Positions 14,124-25,065 of a stretch of DNA of 64,000 nt are shown here, piece after piece. The notes beneath the pieces were generated by a model. It saw nothing but the letters and a program-made list of their open reading frames with translations. It was not told the DNA's origin and ran no database searches. The first letter of the stretch is position 1; every line of letters starts with the position of its first letter. Origin of the DNA: Cycas panzhihuaensis (lineage: Eukaryota; Plantae; Cycadophyta). The translations under genes were made by a program, and so were the position numbers. Location of the stretch: contig CM041465.1 of assembly GCA_023213395.1 (NCBI GenBank), positions 216,945,741 through 217,009,740 on the forward strand, in the 5' to 3' direction.

Positions 14124-16599
14124 ATAAGAGTGAATACATGTATTCCATAATAAGCATGGAATGATTCATGTTATTAATCATGATGAATAATTATTTTGTA
14201 TCTAAATTCTATATATAGCTAATGGATCCTTTATGGGCGTGTGTACCTGATTTTTAACATCAACCAAATGTATATTGGAGGAATACTTAGTAAAGAATTG
14301 TTTTCCATTGAAATTAAAACTCTTTCAACTTGTCCTTTTTATCTTTGGCTAATTCCTAAGCTTGGCTTCCTTGTGGAGATGCACATGATTAAGAGAGGTA
14401 TTTTAGAAATTTAAATCATTAAACCATGATATCCTTTCTTAAATACTCTTACTCGATTATTATAAAGGATTTATACATACTTACAATGTATGAATAAGCA
14501 TAGGAGAGACATGAGGTCATAATGATTCTAGCAACACATGTTATTTGTTATAAATGTTGAAACAATTAACACTGCCATTATCCCCACATTCCATAATCCT
14601 TAAACTTTGAATTGTTTAACTAGCCTGCATTTCCTCACAATGTCATCATGAGGAATTTGTGAGAGAACTCATTGCCATATTTAAATATCCATCGAGCGGG
14701 GAAGACCCCCCACTTATTTTTAATTCTAAGAAATATAAAATAGGTCTTATATACTAGGTTGTTAAGTATGCCTTCTTTATTTGTCATGAAAAATGAATGA
14801 TACAATTTAGGGTAGTAATAGTCGCCAAATCAAATGTGTACCAATACAATAAAGTTATTATGTTTTAACCATGGGTTTTCTCCTATAAGAGTTTCCTATG
14901 TAAATTCTTATGTACTATTCTTTAAGTGGTTATTATGTATGATCAAGATCCTTGATGTTTGTTTTGTGTTTTCTCACATAAGAATATGGTAGATGTTTAT
15001 GATATCATGTTATTAACAAGAGACATCATTACTTTAAACATGCTTTGTAGGTGAAGCATTTCAAGAGGGGGAGCATTGTTATGATCCTAATTAGTGTGAT
15101 CAATCGTAAACTATTCTTTTGAATAATCATGCCTATTATAAAAAGGCACTTATAATGCATTTAAATATGAATAGGTTATTATAATTAGACATCGATAAAT
15201 TATTTATTTAATTAATTAATTTTAAAACTTTTCACGCTTTATTGAACTAAAGATTGGCCCTTTCAAATTATGTGAGCATTCATTACTCACTTAAATAATA
15301 TATCTTCCTCTAGATCCATTCCATCATTATCATGCACCAACCTATATTATATAACATGCATCAAAAGTTTAGAAATGAGAATTATTGATCAAAAGCATTT
15401 ATTCAAACACTTAGTCAAACCATCACCTCTTCAAATTTATTATGGTTGTCCCCTCCCTATTATACACTATTAGCTTGTAATTATATTCCCTTTAAGATTT
15501 AAACCTATAAAAAGTAGTCGACTGTCCTTTAATTATAAGTATTAGATTGTAATAATGTTTCATTCATTTATAACGAATATGTGTATTTTTATAACTATTC
15601 TCATAATCCTCATTAGTTATCATTAGTAACATGGCATCATGTAATGGTAATTAACCATTAACAACATTTAGCTATACTTATTGGATTATCAAAACCATGA
15701 GGAAAAACTTGGATAAGAGCCTTCTCCAATATATTTATTATGGATAACAAAAAGTTTGCCATGCACGTATCCCATTTTTATTTATGGCTGTTACCTTTTG
15801 TACTTCTCTTGATCACTAAAATAATGTCGTTTTTATCTCATCCACTTGGTAAATGCATGTCATAAATGACACACATACTATATATATGAAGGTTTAATAC
15901 ATTTATGATATCTTCTTAAAATAAAGAATTCTTTAGAAAGCATAACACAATTTCCATTATTATGAATACTGTACTATATTGACCCCGCTTATGCAATCTT
16001 TAGTATAATGGCACCCTCTTTGTCTTCATAGGCTAGCATAGGATCCTATCCTTTTGTCTTTCATAGGATCCTGTCTTTTGGCCTTAATATCATGGAATAT
16101 CTCGAAGCACATGCCCTTCCAGGGAAGTATGCTTCCACCTTTTCATATGTATTACCTACTCTTGTCCTTAGGCGCATATGAGGATGACGTGGGTTTGTAG
16201 TTGCGATTCTACTTATGTCTTGTTCATCAGTCGCCAACAGTCAAGTTCTTACAAACACATGCCACTTTCCCAGTGCACATGCCTCACACACATGACTAAA
16301 TGTACTCCACTGGGGACTCGATGCCCTATAAATCATCTAAGAAATCTAATCTACTATTGTTTTCCTCCGATCCTGTCTCACTTTTTAAGTGTTTCGATCT
16401 CTTAATCCATTTTGAAAGGTAAAGCATGCACAAAAGGAAGACAAGAAAGAGTTGCTCACCCTCCTCATTCCAAATATTGAAATTTGGAGATTGGACTTAC
16501 TTTTAAAACAATGGCCATCTCAAACCCAAGATCAAAATATCACTCTTGGAAATTCACCCCCACTTGTACTTACCAAATACTTAAATAATGCAGTGTATT

Positions 16600-17019
16600 G
16601 AGAGTATATGACAACGTATCGCTTCATGCAACTCACCGTGGTCATGGGGTTGCGGGCCACCTCTTCACCTTGGGGACTCGGGCCGGGGAAATGAATGCAT
16701 TTTTCAAAGCATAATGGAGTTGGGTCACGCGCGGTTGGCGGGATTGGGACTTTAAGAGCTCTGATGTATCACTCCATTGCTTCTGATTCTGCAGTTAAAC
16801 GAACACGGAAAAAGGTTTCCATGGAAGCTGAGGTTTTGGATATGTAAATGATGGACTGATACCACATGCATTTCTGTCAGACTCCATGGAACGGCTCACG
16901 TGAAAATGGAGAGTTAAAACGGGTGGAAGGAAGGAACGGAGGATGACTGTTTCCTATGTATTTTAGAGCTCCCACCTTCGAAGACGCAGGGCTATTGAAT
17001 TCGATACCAGTGGCAAAAG
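16600..17019 (+). promoter_or_regulatory. Putative promoter/5' UTR of the Ggamma gene; CpG-retaining; several short upstream ATG frames
   Basis: CpG and GC content are visibly higher than in the flanking TE DNA. Short frames at 16821-16847 (MEAEVLDM*), 16848-16859 and 16866-16946. An in-frame TGA at 16996-16998 supports ATG 17020 as the start. TSS unknown. Confidence 0.45.
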
Positions 17020-17211
17020 ATGCATCAAACGCTGAGCAAGTCTACTGCTGTAGTGCCGTCTCTTGACGCCGATTCTTCATTACAATTGCAAATACAACAA
17101 TCGCTGAACGTTCCACGACCGTCCACCCCTTCCGCGTGCCCAGACATTCGTGGCAGACATCGGAGGCAGGTTGAATTGAACCGTTTAAACAAAGAAATAT
17201 CAATGCTGGAA
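17020..17211 (+). CDS. Ggamma exon 1 (64 codons, phase-0 donor GTAAGT at 17212)
   Basis: ORF 17020.. in the track; Ggamma similarity stops at 'EISMLE', exactly where GTAAGT begins. Confidence 0.93.
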
Positions 17212-20200
17212 GTAAGTTCTATCGGAATTGGATTGAACCGAAATAATAAAACTGTTTTATTTATTTTACTCGATTTTTTTTTATCCCGACTGTGAAGGCA
17301 ATGGCAGCATACAGTAACATACAAACCCTGACAGTATGCAATAACATACGAACCCTAGCCCGACATCAGGAAAAAAACCAAGATACGAGATTCCTTGTGT
17401 ATACCATGCACAACCAGTCCGCTACAGTCCACAGCCTGTCTGAAAGATGTAAAATGCGCGCAAAATTCAGGGCTGCTGATAAAAGTGGGGGGCTGTGCCG
17501 CATTTTGGTTGTTTATCGAGTTTGAAAGAAAATCTCCCAGGGGAGCGCTTATGGCAGTTCCTCCTAGGACTAATCCCACAAGGATAAGCTACAAAACTTG
17601 GACTTCCCTTCCCAGCACGTGACCGATTTAAAGCTTTGAATCCCGAGGGACCGTAAGCAGCAGCCATCCAGAGATAATAAGAAACCCCTTCCGCACGTTC
17701 CTGTGTTTCTTTTGTGCTGTCCATGTTTTTGGGCATAGCAGGATTTCATAGATCCCACGCAGAGTTTCTCCACAGATTCTGAAAGCTCTGTAGAGGGCAG
17801 CATATTGCACGATTTATCAGCATTTGGAAGCAAGAGCAAATGTTGCAGGGTCCATAACTATATTAGTAGTGGACTTAAGCTGTCATGACAATGGGTGGTC
17901 TTCTCTACAAACGGGGTGAGAATTGTTGCACAATAAAGCATAACTAGATTTTTCAAGGTCAGGATTCATTATGACCAAAATATAAACAATGGATATCTGA
18001 AAGGGTTGTTATAGTCCAGTGTAATTTTCAACTCCTTAGTGAGCAATTTGCCAGAATCTTAGTTCTGAGGTTTCCTGAATTTGAATTCATTTTTGGACTC
18101 TGATGCTCGTATGACCTTGGACGAGTTGTGTGTGTTTTTCCTTGATGATCAGATATGTCTCACTTTCTACGAGAGTCTTGTCTTCCACTTTATGCATGTT
18201 GCAAAGTTGACAAACTCTCTTCCCCAACTTGACTTTTGGTCAACCCCGTGTTTTTCTTTCATGCTGGAGAGTGCAGGCATCTGCCCTTATTTTGAGAAGT
18301 ACATACTTCTGTCTTGATGGCCCTGACTGATCATCTTTTCCTTAGACTTTTTAGATGTGATTCAATGTTTCCAGCCAAAGATACAACATAAACTTTTTTC
18401 CCTGTTGAACACTTGCATTTTCTTTTCCTAATTTAACCTTTTCTTTAATGTCACTCTGAAGAGGCATGATTGGTCAGCAGCCTATTTTATCGTTCTATGC
18501 TAAGTAGTTAGAAGGATACAAATCCTTCCATATTGGATTGTAATACATTTCCTTGTGCTTTAGCTTACTAGCCTATGTCTTGTGTGCCAAAGTAAACACT
18601 TTTTTCAAGGGGGGAAGGGGTAAGGGAGGGGGGATGAAAGAAAGAAAGAAAAAGTCTATGCGAAGCCATAAAGATGGATATCTGGTTACCGCTTTGTGCT
18701 TCACTGACTCTCTCGTTAGAAGGCATGTACTCATTGATGATAGAATCCCTTGAATTGACTTCTTTCTCCTCTGTTGGCTGATTCTGTGCTTTGTATAATG
18801 CTGATTCCATATGCATTGGCTGAATGTGCTCCAACTTCATCAGGAGGTTATGTGTTATCCAAATGTCAACCAATGTTGCCTTTTCTCATCCTCAGAGACT
18901 GCATGCTTGAAATTCACAAGTTCTGTTCCCTGGTCCTCTCATTGGTTCTCATTGAATAAATTTGTTTTTCCACCTGTTAATTAATATTGTTCCCTCTATC
19001 AACTCTTTTAAGAGCTCCTATCATTATATCCTCAATCACATGGGTGTACAGTTTCTAAATCTCCAAGACAGGATGAAGATCTATTTTCAACTCAAGGGCA
19101 GACTCATTCATCGATTCCTTAAGCATACTTGTTGCAAGATACACTTCTTAATCTTTGTATAAGAGTGTGCATTCTAAGATCTCTATAATCTTCAAATCTT
19201 CTGCTGCTTGAGCTTTGGCTTCACAAATTGAATCAATTCCATCATGAACATTTAATGGTAAAAGTGAAAAACATGCTTACTTCTTAGTATAAGCTCTTCT
19301 GTTTTAGCTGATAATCTACTCTATTTGATGGACATGCCTGGGAGATTTTGTATAGCATTGGGTATCATGAAGTGAGGAGGAAAGCTCAGCTATTCTGGAA
19401 TCCTACTTTAACAAATTTGGACATTTTCAGGACAACATATTAAAGTTCTTGGCTTCTTGCCCTTTCTGTTTCCATTGTTGGAAGCTTTGAATTTTCCATG
19501 ATGATTATGTCTATTCTAAGTTACCAGAAACATGGGCATGGGAGTGGAAACGGAAATGAGAGCAAGAGAAGAAACAACAATTTGAAACTTTTAGCATGCA
19601 TGGATATGACAAAATTGAGGTTTGCAAAAGGGGATCTTTTAAAGTATGAAAACAACTACCATAAATGGAGGCAAATCTTGGAGGCATGCGAGACTAATTT
19701 AGACTTGTCATCTCCAACACCATTAGTTGCACATGTAGAGGTTTTGAGTTCAACAATTGTGTGGACATGCTTTTCAAATGAGTGTTATATTAATGATTTT
19801 ACTCTTGAGGAGGTTGATAAGTATTCAGGGGCTTCGTTAACTCATGTCATTTTTGTAGTCATGTAGTCGATGTATGCCCTAATGCCATCTAAAGATTGAT
19901 GCCAATCTAATATTACAATTGCCTTATTTGAGTAATAGTGCAATATTTTCCAAATGTTGTGTAATCGTTTATATATTTTACTTTCATATACATTCAAATT
20001 TTTTATATATTTTTAGGAAGTCGTATTTGTTGTTTGTTTGTTTGCGAGAATTTTGATAATTGTTGTTTCTCTACTTTTGCCTACTAGCTTCCTTTTCCAC
20101 ACTTTTGGTAGCCTAGGACAAAAGTCATCTTTAGCAATTTTCCTCTTTCCCTCGTTGTTTCCATTTGTCTTATTTGGAACTTATCAATGCCTTCATCTTT

Positions 20201-21153
20201 GTGCCATCTTCTATGCTCTATTCCAATTCTTATCCTATGAAATGCTCTTGTTTGTAGATCTTGTTTGGTGCATTGAAGTCAATCTTTTAGTCTTGTGACT
20301 AAGATTTTGTTATTGCTTTCTTGACCTCTATCTATTTGTTCTTTACAAATATCATAAATTAAAGGTTTCTTTTTTGTAATTAGAGTCTTTTTCTGAAAAC
20401 ATATTGCTTTTATATGTTCAACTATGTGCACAAGTATTTATGCTTGTGTGTTAAATATACATTTTGGCATAGATTTAAAGAAAAGGAAGTAATGTCTTGG
20501 GCTTATTTGTTTTAGGAATGAACTTTCTTGCTTATTTTGACTTACGCTTCTACATAGAGTCAATGTTAAACTCCAATGTTTGCGTGTGGCAAATGTGATC
20601 CATATTGCAGTATTACAAGAAGTAAACTAGAGTATTTGTAGCAACTTAAGCAACATTTAATCCCCAAGTCCTATAAACATTAAAGGTTTCATTGACATAT
20701 TTTATCTATTTACATGGTTGTTTGCTATGTGTTGGAGGTTGTTGTAATATAAAGCTTGCTATAAAGGATTAATTTATCAAAATTGGAAATACAGAATTCA
20801 AAGGCTTAATATACAGATGTTTTGGCAAGCAGGAGGAGCTACAATTGCTTGAAAGTCTTCCCTCTGCCTCCAAATGTTGCAAAGAGTAAGTAATATGTGC
20901 TTGTTCCTAACTTGCAACTTTTTGATTTTTAGAAATTTATATTGTATCAAGTGAATGTAGATTGTTGTAAGCAAGTGGTGTGTTACAAGATCAAAGCATA
21001 CCTAGTGACATGCCTTTAATTTTCTATTTCGGTAAACAAGCATGACCATAATGGCATAAAGCATAATTTGATCAAATGCCTAACATGTACATCTGTCCTA
21101 TGTGGCAGGTTTGTGGAATTTACAGAGACACGCGCAGATCCCTTGCTTCCATT
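17020..21153 (+). CDS. Heterotrimeric G-protein gamma subunit (plant GGL domain; AGG3/GS3/DEP1-like N-terminus), 3'-partial; join(17020..17211,20833..20885,21109..21153)
   Basis: Spliced translation MHQTLSKSTAVVPSLDADSSLQLQIQQSLNVPRPSTPSACPDIRGRHRRQVELNRLNKEISMLE|EELQLLESLPSASKCCKE|FVEFTETRADPLLP. It has the G(K/R)HR motif, a coiled coil and the DPLL signature. Junctions are canonical GT-AG, and the 53- and 45-nt internal exons with intron phases 0,2,2 match plant Ggamma genes. Confidence 0.93.
20833..20885 (+). CDS. Ggamma exon 2 (53 nt)
   Basis: GCAG|GAG GAG CTA ... TGT TGC AAA GA|GTAAGT; encodes EELQLLESLPSASKCCK(E). Confidence 0.93.
21109..21153 (+). CDS. Ggamma exon 3 (45 nt, DPLLP motif)
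   Basis: TGGCAG|G TTT GTG GAA TTT ACA GAG ACA CGC GCA GAT CCC TTG CTT CCA TT|GTATGA; branch-like CTAAC at ~21080. Confidence 0.92.
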
Positions 21154-22043
21154 GTATGAGACTTCAACTTGAAATCTTGTTATTGGTTTTATGATTTGAC
21201 AAATAAATGGAGATAGTTGCTTTGTTGCTTTCTATTGGATATTGATTTTGATAATTTCTCTTAGTTGATAGGGGATGGAGAAGTTCAAAGGCCTTGTAGA
21301 CTCTCAAAGATTTAGAGTACTTATTTTAATTTTTCTATCTCGAGGATTCCCACTATTTTACATTTAGACATGGTCTTACATGTCTTGCCATCTATTGGTG
21401 ACATTGTTCCTTTTTGTGTGTGAAAGCTTTGATATGGATGCTATATGATAGGTTATTAATTTGTAATGCTCATATTTCCTGTTGTACTTATGCTAATTTA
21501 ACACATTACTTTTATAGCCATGAGAATCAAGTATTGTTATTGGTTTTGTAAAGGTGCATAGATAAGTGTAACAAAACCCCACCCTTCCCAAAATCAAATT
21601 AGAGAGATAATAATAGCAAAAATAGTAATATTAGTGATGATGATTCAAAATTGACAAGGAAAGGTATAACTTGTATCAAGGTTTGGAATGAGAAGTCATT
21701 TAGTGTCATAACCCACCATAGGGCATTCCTATATGCATTGCTCCTAGCCATAGGCTAGAACTATTCCTTGCATGACCACCCTTTGTAATGCCCATCTATG
21801 TGGTGGTGTACCCATGCACCAAATATAGGGATGGTGTCCAAGCCTCATTTTAGGGCACGAGATGTTACTACTAGCTACTACTTCTTGGCAGGCCATATCC
21901 TTCCTTCAAGTGTTTTGGGTGACTCCTCTCTAAAGGAGGTAGGCACTCCCTCAATGAGGGGACACCTTTTTGTATTCTATTTATTCATGGCACTTGTAAT
22001 TTATACAAGTGGATAACCAATTTCCATATTTAGAGGTCCCAAT

Positions 22044-22139
22044 TATTAGTGTAGTAGTTAATACTAAGCCACATGATTAATGTTAAATGTTGATAGTTAA
22101 GTGTTAATCCAAAAGGTGCAAATATTGGAGGATCGCAAT
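22044..22139 (+). repeat. Element D 5' LTR, left part (interrupted by Gypsy B)
   Basis: TATTAGTGTAGTAGTTAATACTAAGCCACATGATTAATGTTAAATG matches the 3' LTR start TGTTAGTGTGGCAGTTAATACCAAGCCACATGATTAATGTTAAATG. Confidence 0.9.
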
Positions 22140-22851
22140 TGTGTGTCGTGCACCTATTCGTCTACCAAAACACCCATCAATGAATAAGGCAAGCACAAGG
22201 AACACCGATATGATACAAAACATAATACCATTAAGATAGGGAACTGCGTACGATCCTCTCACAACTAGACGCAGACCGAGCAGTACATAGAAAGTTGGCG
22301 GCTAATCAAGCTTACAATGATAAGATTCTACAAGGTACTCATCATCATCATTGTTGTTTCAACCTTCGCCCTTTCACTCTCATTTATCCATAATTCCCAA
22401 TGGTTTCAACCATTATTGGTTACAATTGAAACAATGGTTAATTCACCGGTGTTCTAAAGTACATTCAAATTATTATTTTATCGTAGTCCTCAATTACAAA
22501 TTGTTCGCAATTACGTTCTTGACTACGATCAACTCCTGCTTACGACTGGTTGGGATCTGCTCGCAATCTCAACTCGAACTGCGATTTGCTCGCAACCTCG
22601 ACCCAAACTGTAATTTGCTCGCGATCACGACCTAAATCATGATCTGCTTGCGGTCATGACCCGAACCACGATCTGCTCGCGGCCATGACCCGAACCATGA
22701 TTTGCTTGTGGTCACAACTCAAACCACAATTTGCTCGCGATCATGACCCGAACCATGATATGCTTGCAGTTACTCCTCGACTACAATCCGCTGGTAATCC
22801 GAAAATCAAATTTCCTTTTCAAAATTGTGTGTGTAGTTTTGCCCACACACA
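22140..22851 (-). repeat. Element B 3' LTR (712 bp)
   Basis: TG...CA termini, adjacent PPT and left flank GCAAT (22135-22139). ~89% identical to the reverse complement of 33480-34133. Confidence 0.92.
22554..22768. repeat. 29-bp tandem repeat (7+ units, consensus GATCTGCTCGCGATCACGACCCGAACCAC) inside the B 3' LTR
   Basis: Units counted directly; the 5' LTR copy has 5+ units (33566-33719). Confidence 0.9.
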
Positions 22852-23056
22852 TCTCCCCCGTCACAAAACCAACAAGTACCCTTACTTGTTTGCAAAAAAA
22901 ATTTCTTCCTTTACCTATTCCTTCCACCCCCCCCCCCCCCCAAAAAAAAAAAACAAACAATTATTTAATTGTTCACATGTCATTCAACTCTTTGCGCAAA
23001 CGATTCATCGTTTGACGGATATAATTTGTGTCTGGTCGTACAATAGTTGGTGGGAT

Positions 23057-24712
23057 TCAAATTCCCTGCGACCGACAATGGTCCATGAGGATTGCAAGAT
23101 CTCTTAATGCATTCAATTGTGCCAATGTCAGCTTTTCCCCCTTGTGCAACTTCAGAACTTCTTCCTTCGCTTCATTGTATAGTTGCTTTGTCCTTGATAG
23201 ATCTTGTTGTAAATGACATATCTTTGTCCAAAACTTAGTCACATGTTCTACATCTTCTTCTATCTCAAGTATCCATGTGCCCAATTTATATATTACCTCG
23301 TGTAACCCTGGGGGAATTTTCTAATGGAAGTGATTTTTAAATGCTTGAATTTTGAGTGTGATTTTGTCAATATCTCTTACCCAAGTCAAAATGAATTCCT
23401 TCAAAAATTCCAAATGAGCTTTTGTCGCTGCCAACTTTTCTTCGAGCTTCTGAATCCTTTGCATATCTAGTGGAGGTCTTCAATTCCTCTGTTCCAATTC
23501 TGTTACAAGCTGTCTTGTCACCCTTGTGAGGAAGGAAGTCTTCCATTGAGAGACATCTTGCGGGTCACAACTCATCGGAACAAGACCTTCTTCCAAATAT
23601 TCCTCAGATTGATTGAATTCTACTTCTGGTGCTTGATTATTTAATGCTTCTAAAATTTTTTGTCATCTCTTTTCCACTGCCAATTTTCTTCTTCTATGTT
23701 TCTCCTCCTCTTCACACTTTAATGGTTCAATTATTCTTGCCTTTTTCTGTACTTGTTTTGCTTCTTCCTTTTCTGTGGCAGGTTCTTCTCCTACTTTTCA
23801 TTTCCCTTCTCTTATTTCTGCTTTCCTACTCCTTTCTTCTCTTTTCCTCTAGTTTTGTGCCCCTACAGGATTTTGCGGCATTGCCTCTGCTTGCAGTTTT
23901 TCCTCTATTTCTTCTTCTCTTACAGGACACGACTGGGGAGTGCTCGCTTGCCATTGTAGGTGAAGCCAATTACTAACTTGTTCATGTAGCTGAGTTAATG
24001 GCAAAGAACCTCATCCTTGTTGTCTTGAATATAATTTTGTCCATTTTGCCAAGAGAGGTTGTCCTTCCTTAACCTCTGGCAATTGAATACCTGGACATTG
24101 TGAAAACAACAAACCTTGAAACATAGTAGGATAGAAAAATAAGACAGATTGAGTAGCAGCTTTTACAACTTCTAGATTTTTCAAGAATTTAGTAGCAATA
24201 AATTTGGCCCAATTAAACTTTTGGCCTTCCATAACTTTAATCAAGATGGTATGCAAATGAGTGGGCACAAATGAGTTCTTTTGTCCCAAAATAACTCTCG
24301 TAAATATAAAATGAGCTATCCAGTGCATTTCTCTGGATGAAATTCCCGAAATTTGGATTCCTGAGGTAGAAACATTTGATTCTTTAGCCCCAATTTCATG
24401 TGCGGCTTGTTCCTTGGATATCTGTTTATCCTTGGGAATATCCGGACCTTCATTGGGTAGCCCTGTTACCTTTGCAATCGCCTCTGCTGAAAAATCCAAC
24501 AGGAATGGTCACCGTAGCACTAATGCGATTATCGTTGATAGAAAGCTATATATATTTGGAAGAACCTCGACCAACACATACTGGTTCAATCCCGCGGCTA
24601 TCATCTTCTTTTTACATTCATCTTCAAATTCCATTTCCTGCCATTGTCTTCGTATCTACTCATCGTTCGATTCTCGGAAAGTGACTGTCATTCGCTACCA
24701 TTTTGCTATCAT
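23057..24712 (-). pseudogene. Extra sense ORF downstream of integrase in element B (Athila env-like / plant transposon-protein type, with a charged coiled-coil C-terminal part), broken by stops
   Basis: ORF 24011-24499 'DFSAEAIAKVTGLPNEG...QKFNWAKFIA..L', an E/K/R-rich tract (~23650-23920) and the heptad-like ORF 23057-23284. It lies between the pol stop (25066) and the PPT. Confidence 0.7.
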
Positions 24713-25065
24713 CATTTTTTCTCCTTTCCCTTCTTCCTTCCTTGCGCAGGATTCTCTATGTAATTTGATTAACATCGATCTTTAAAAATAAATTAATTCA
24801 CAGCTGTCATATTAATGCACTTGCCTTCTTTCTGTCTTGTCGCAATCATGGAAAAGCGATCCTTATAGATTGCGATCGGTTCATTCTTAATAACGATCGT
24901 CTCCTATGTTCGTGCCACCTTAATTGCTCTACCACGATTTCGCCTATTAATGAGGAGGTAACTATTGCCGATTGTGTCTTTAATTAACCTCTCATAGTTT
25001 GCCTTTTCATGATGGCCATGATTACTACCATATGTTTTGTGTCAATTTTTTTTTTTAAAAAGATC

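Noticed and set aside
17212-17295. Hydrophobic C-terminal extension of ORF 17020..17295 (apparent TM helix)
   Set aside because: Intron read-through after the GTAAGT donor; Ggamma homology continues in exon 2 at 20833.
17292-20298. Many 60-120-aa ORFs on both strands in intron 1, including 19498..19866
   Set aside because: No recognisable domains or consistent splice pattern. 19535-19700 may be a DNA-transposon-end remnant, but no TIR or TSD could be shown.
22554-22768. CRISPR-like 29-bp periodicity
   Set aside because: Head-to-tail units with no unique spacers, inside an LTR, and no cas genes.
23629-23976. Leu/Phe-rich plus-strand 'membrane protein' ORFs
   Set aside because: Antisense shadow of the purine-rich E/K/R-coding tract of B's extra ORF.
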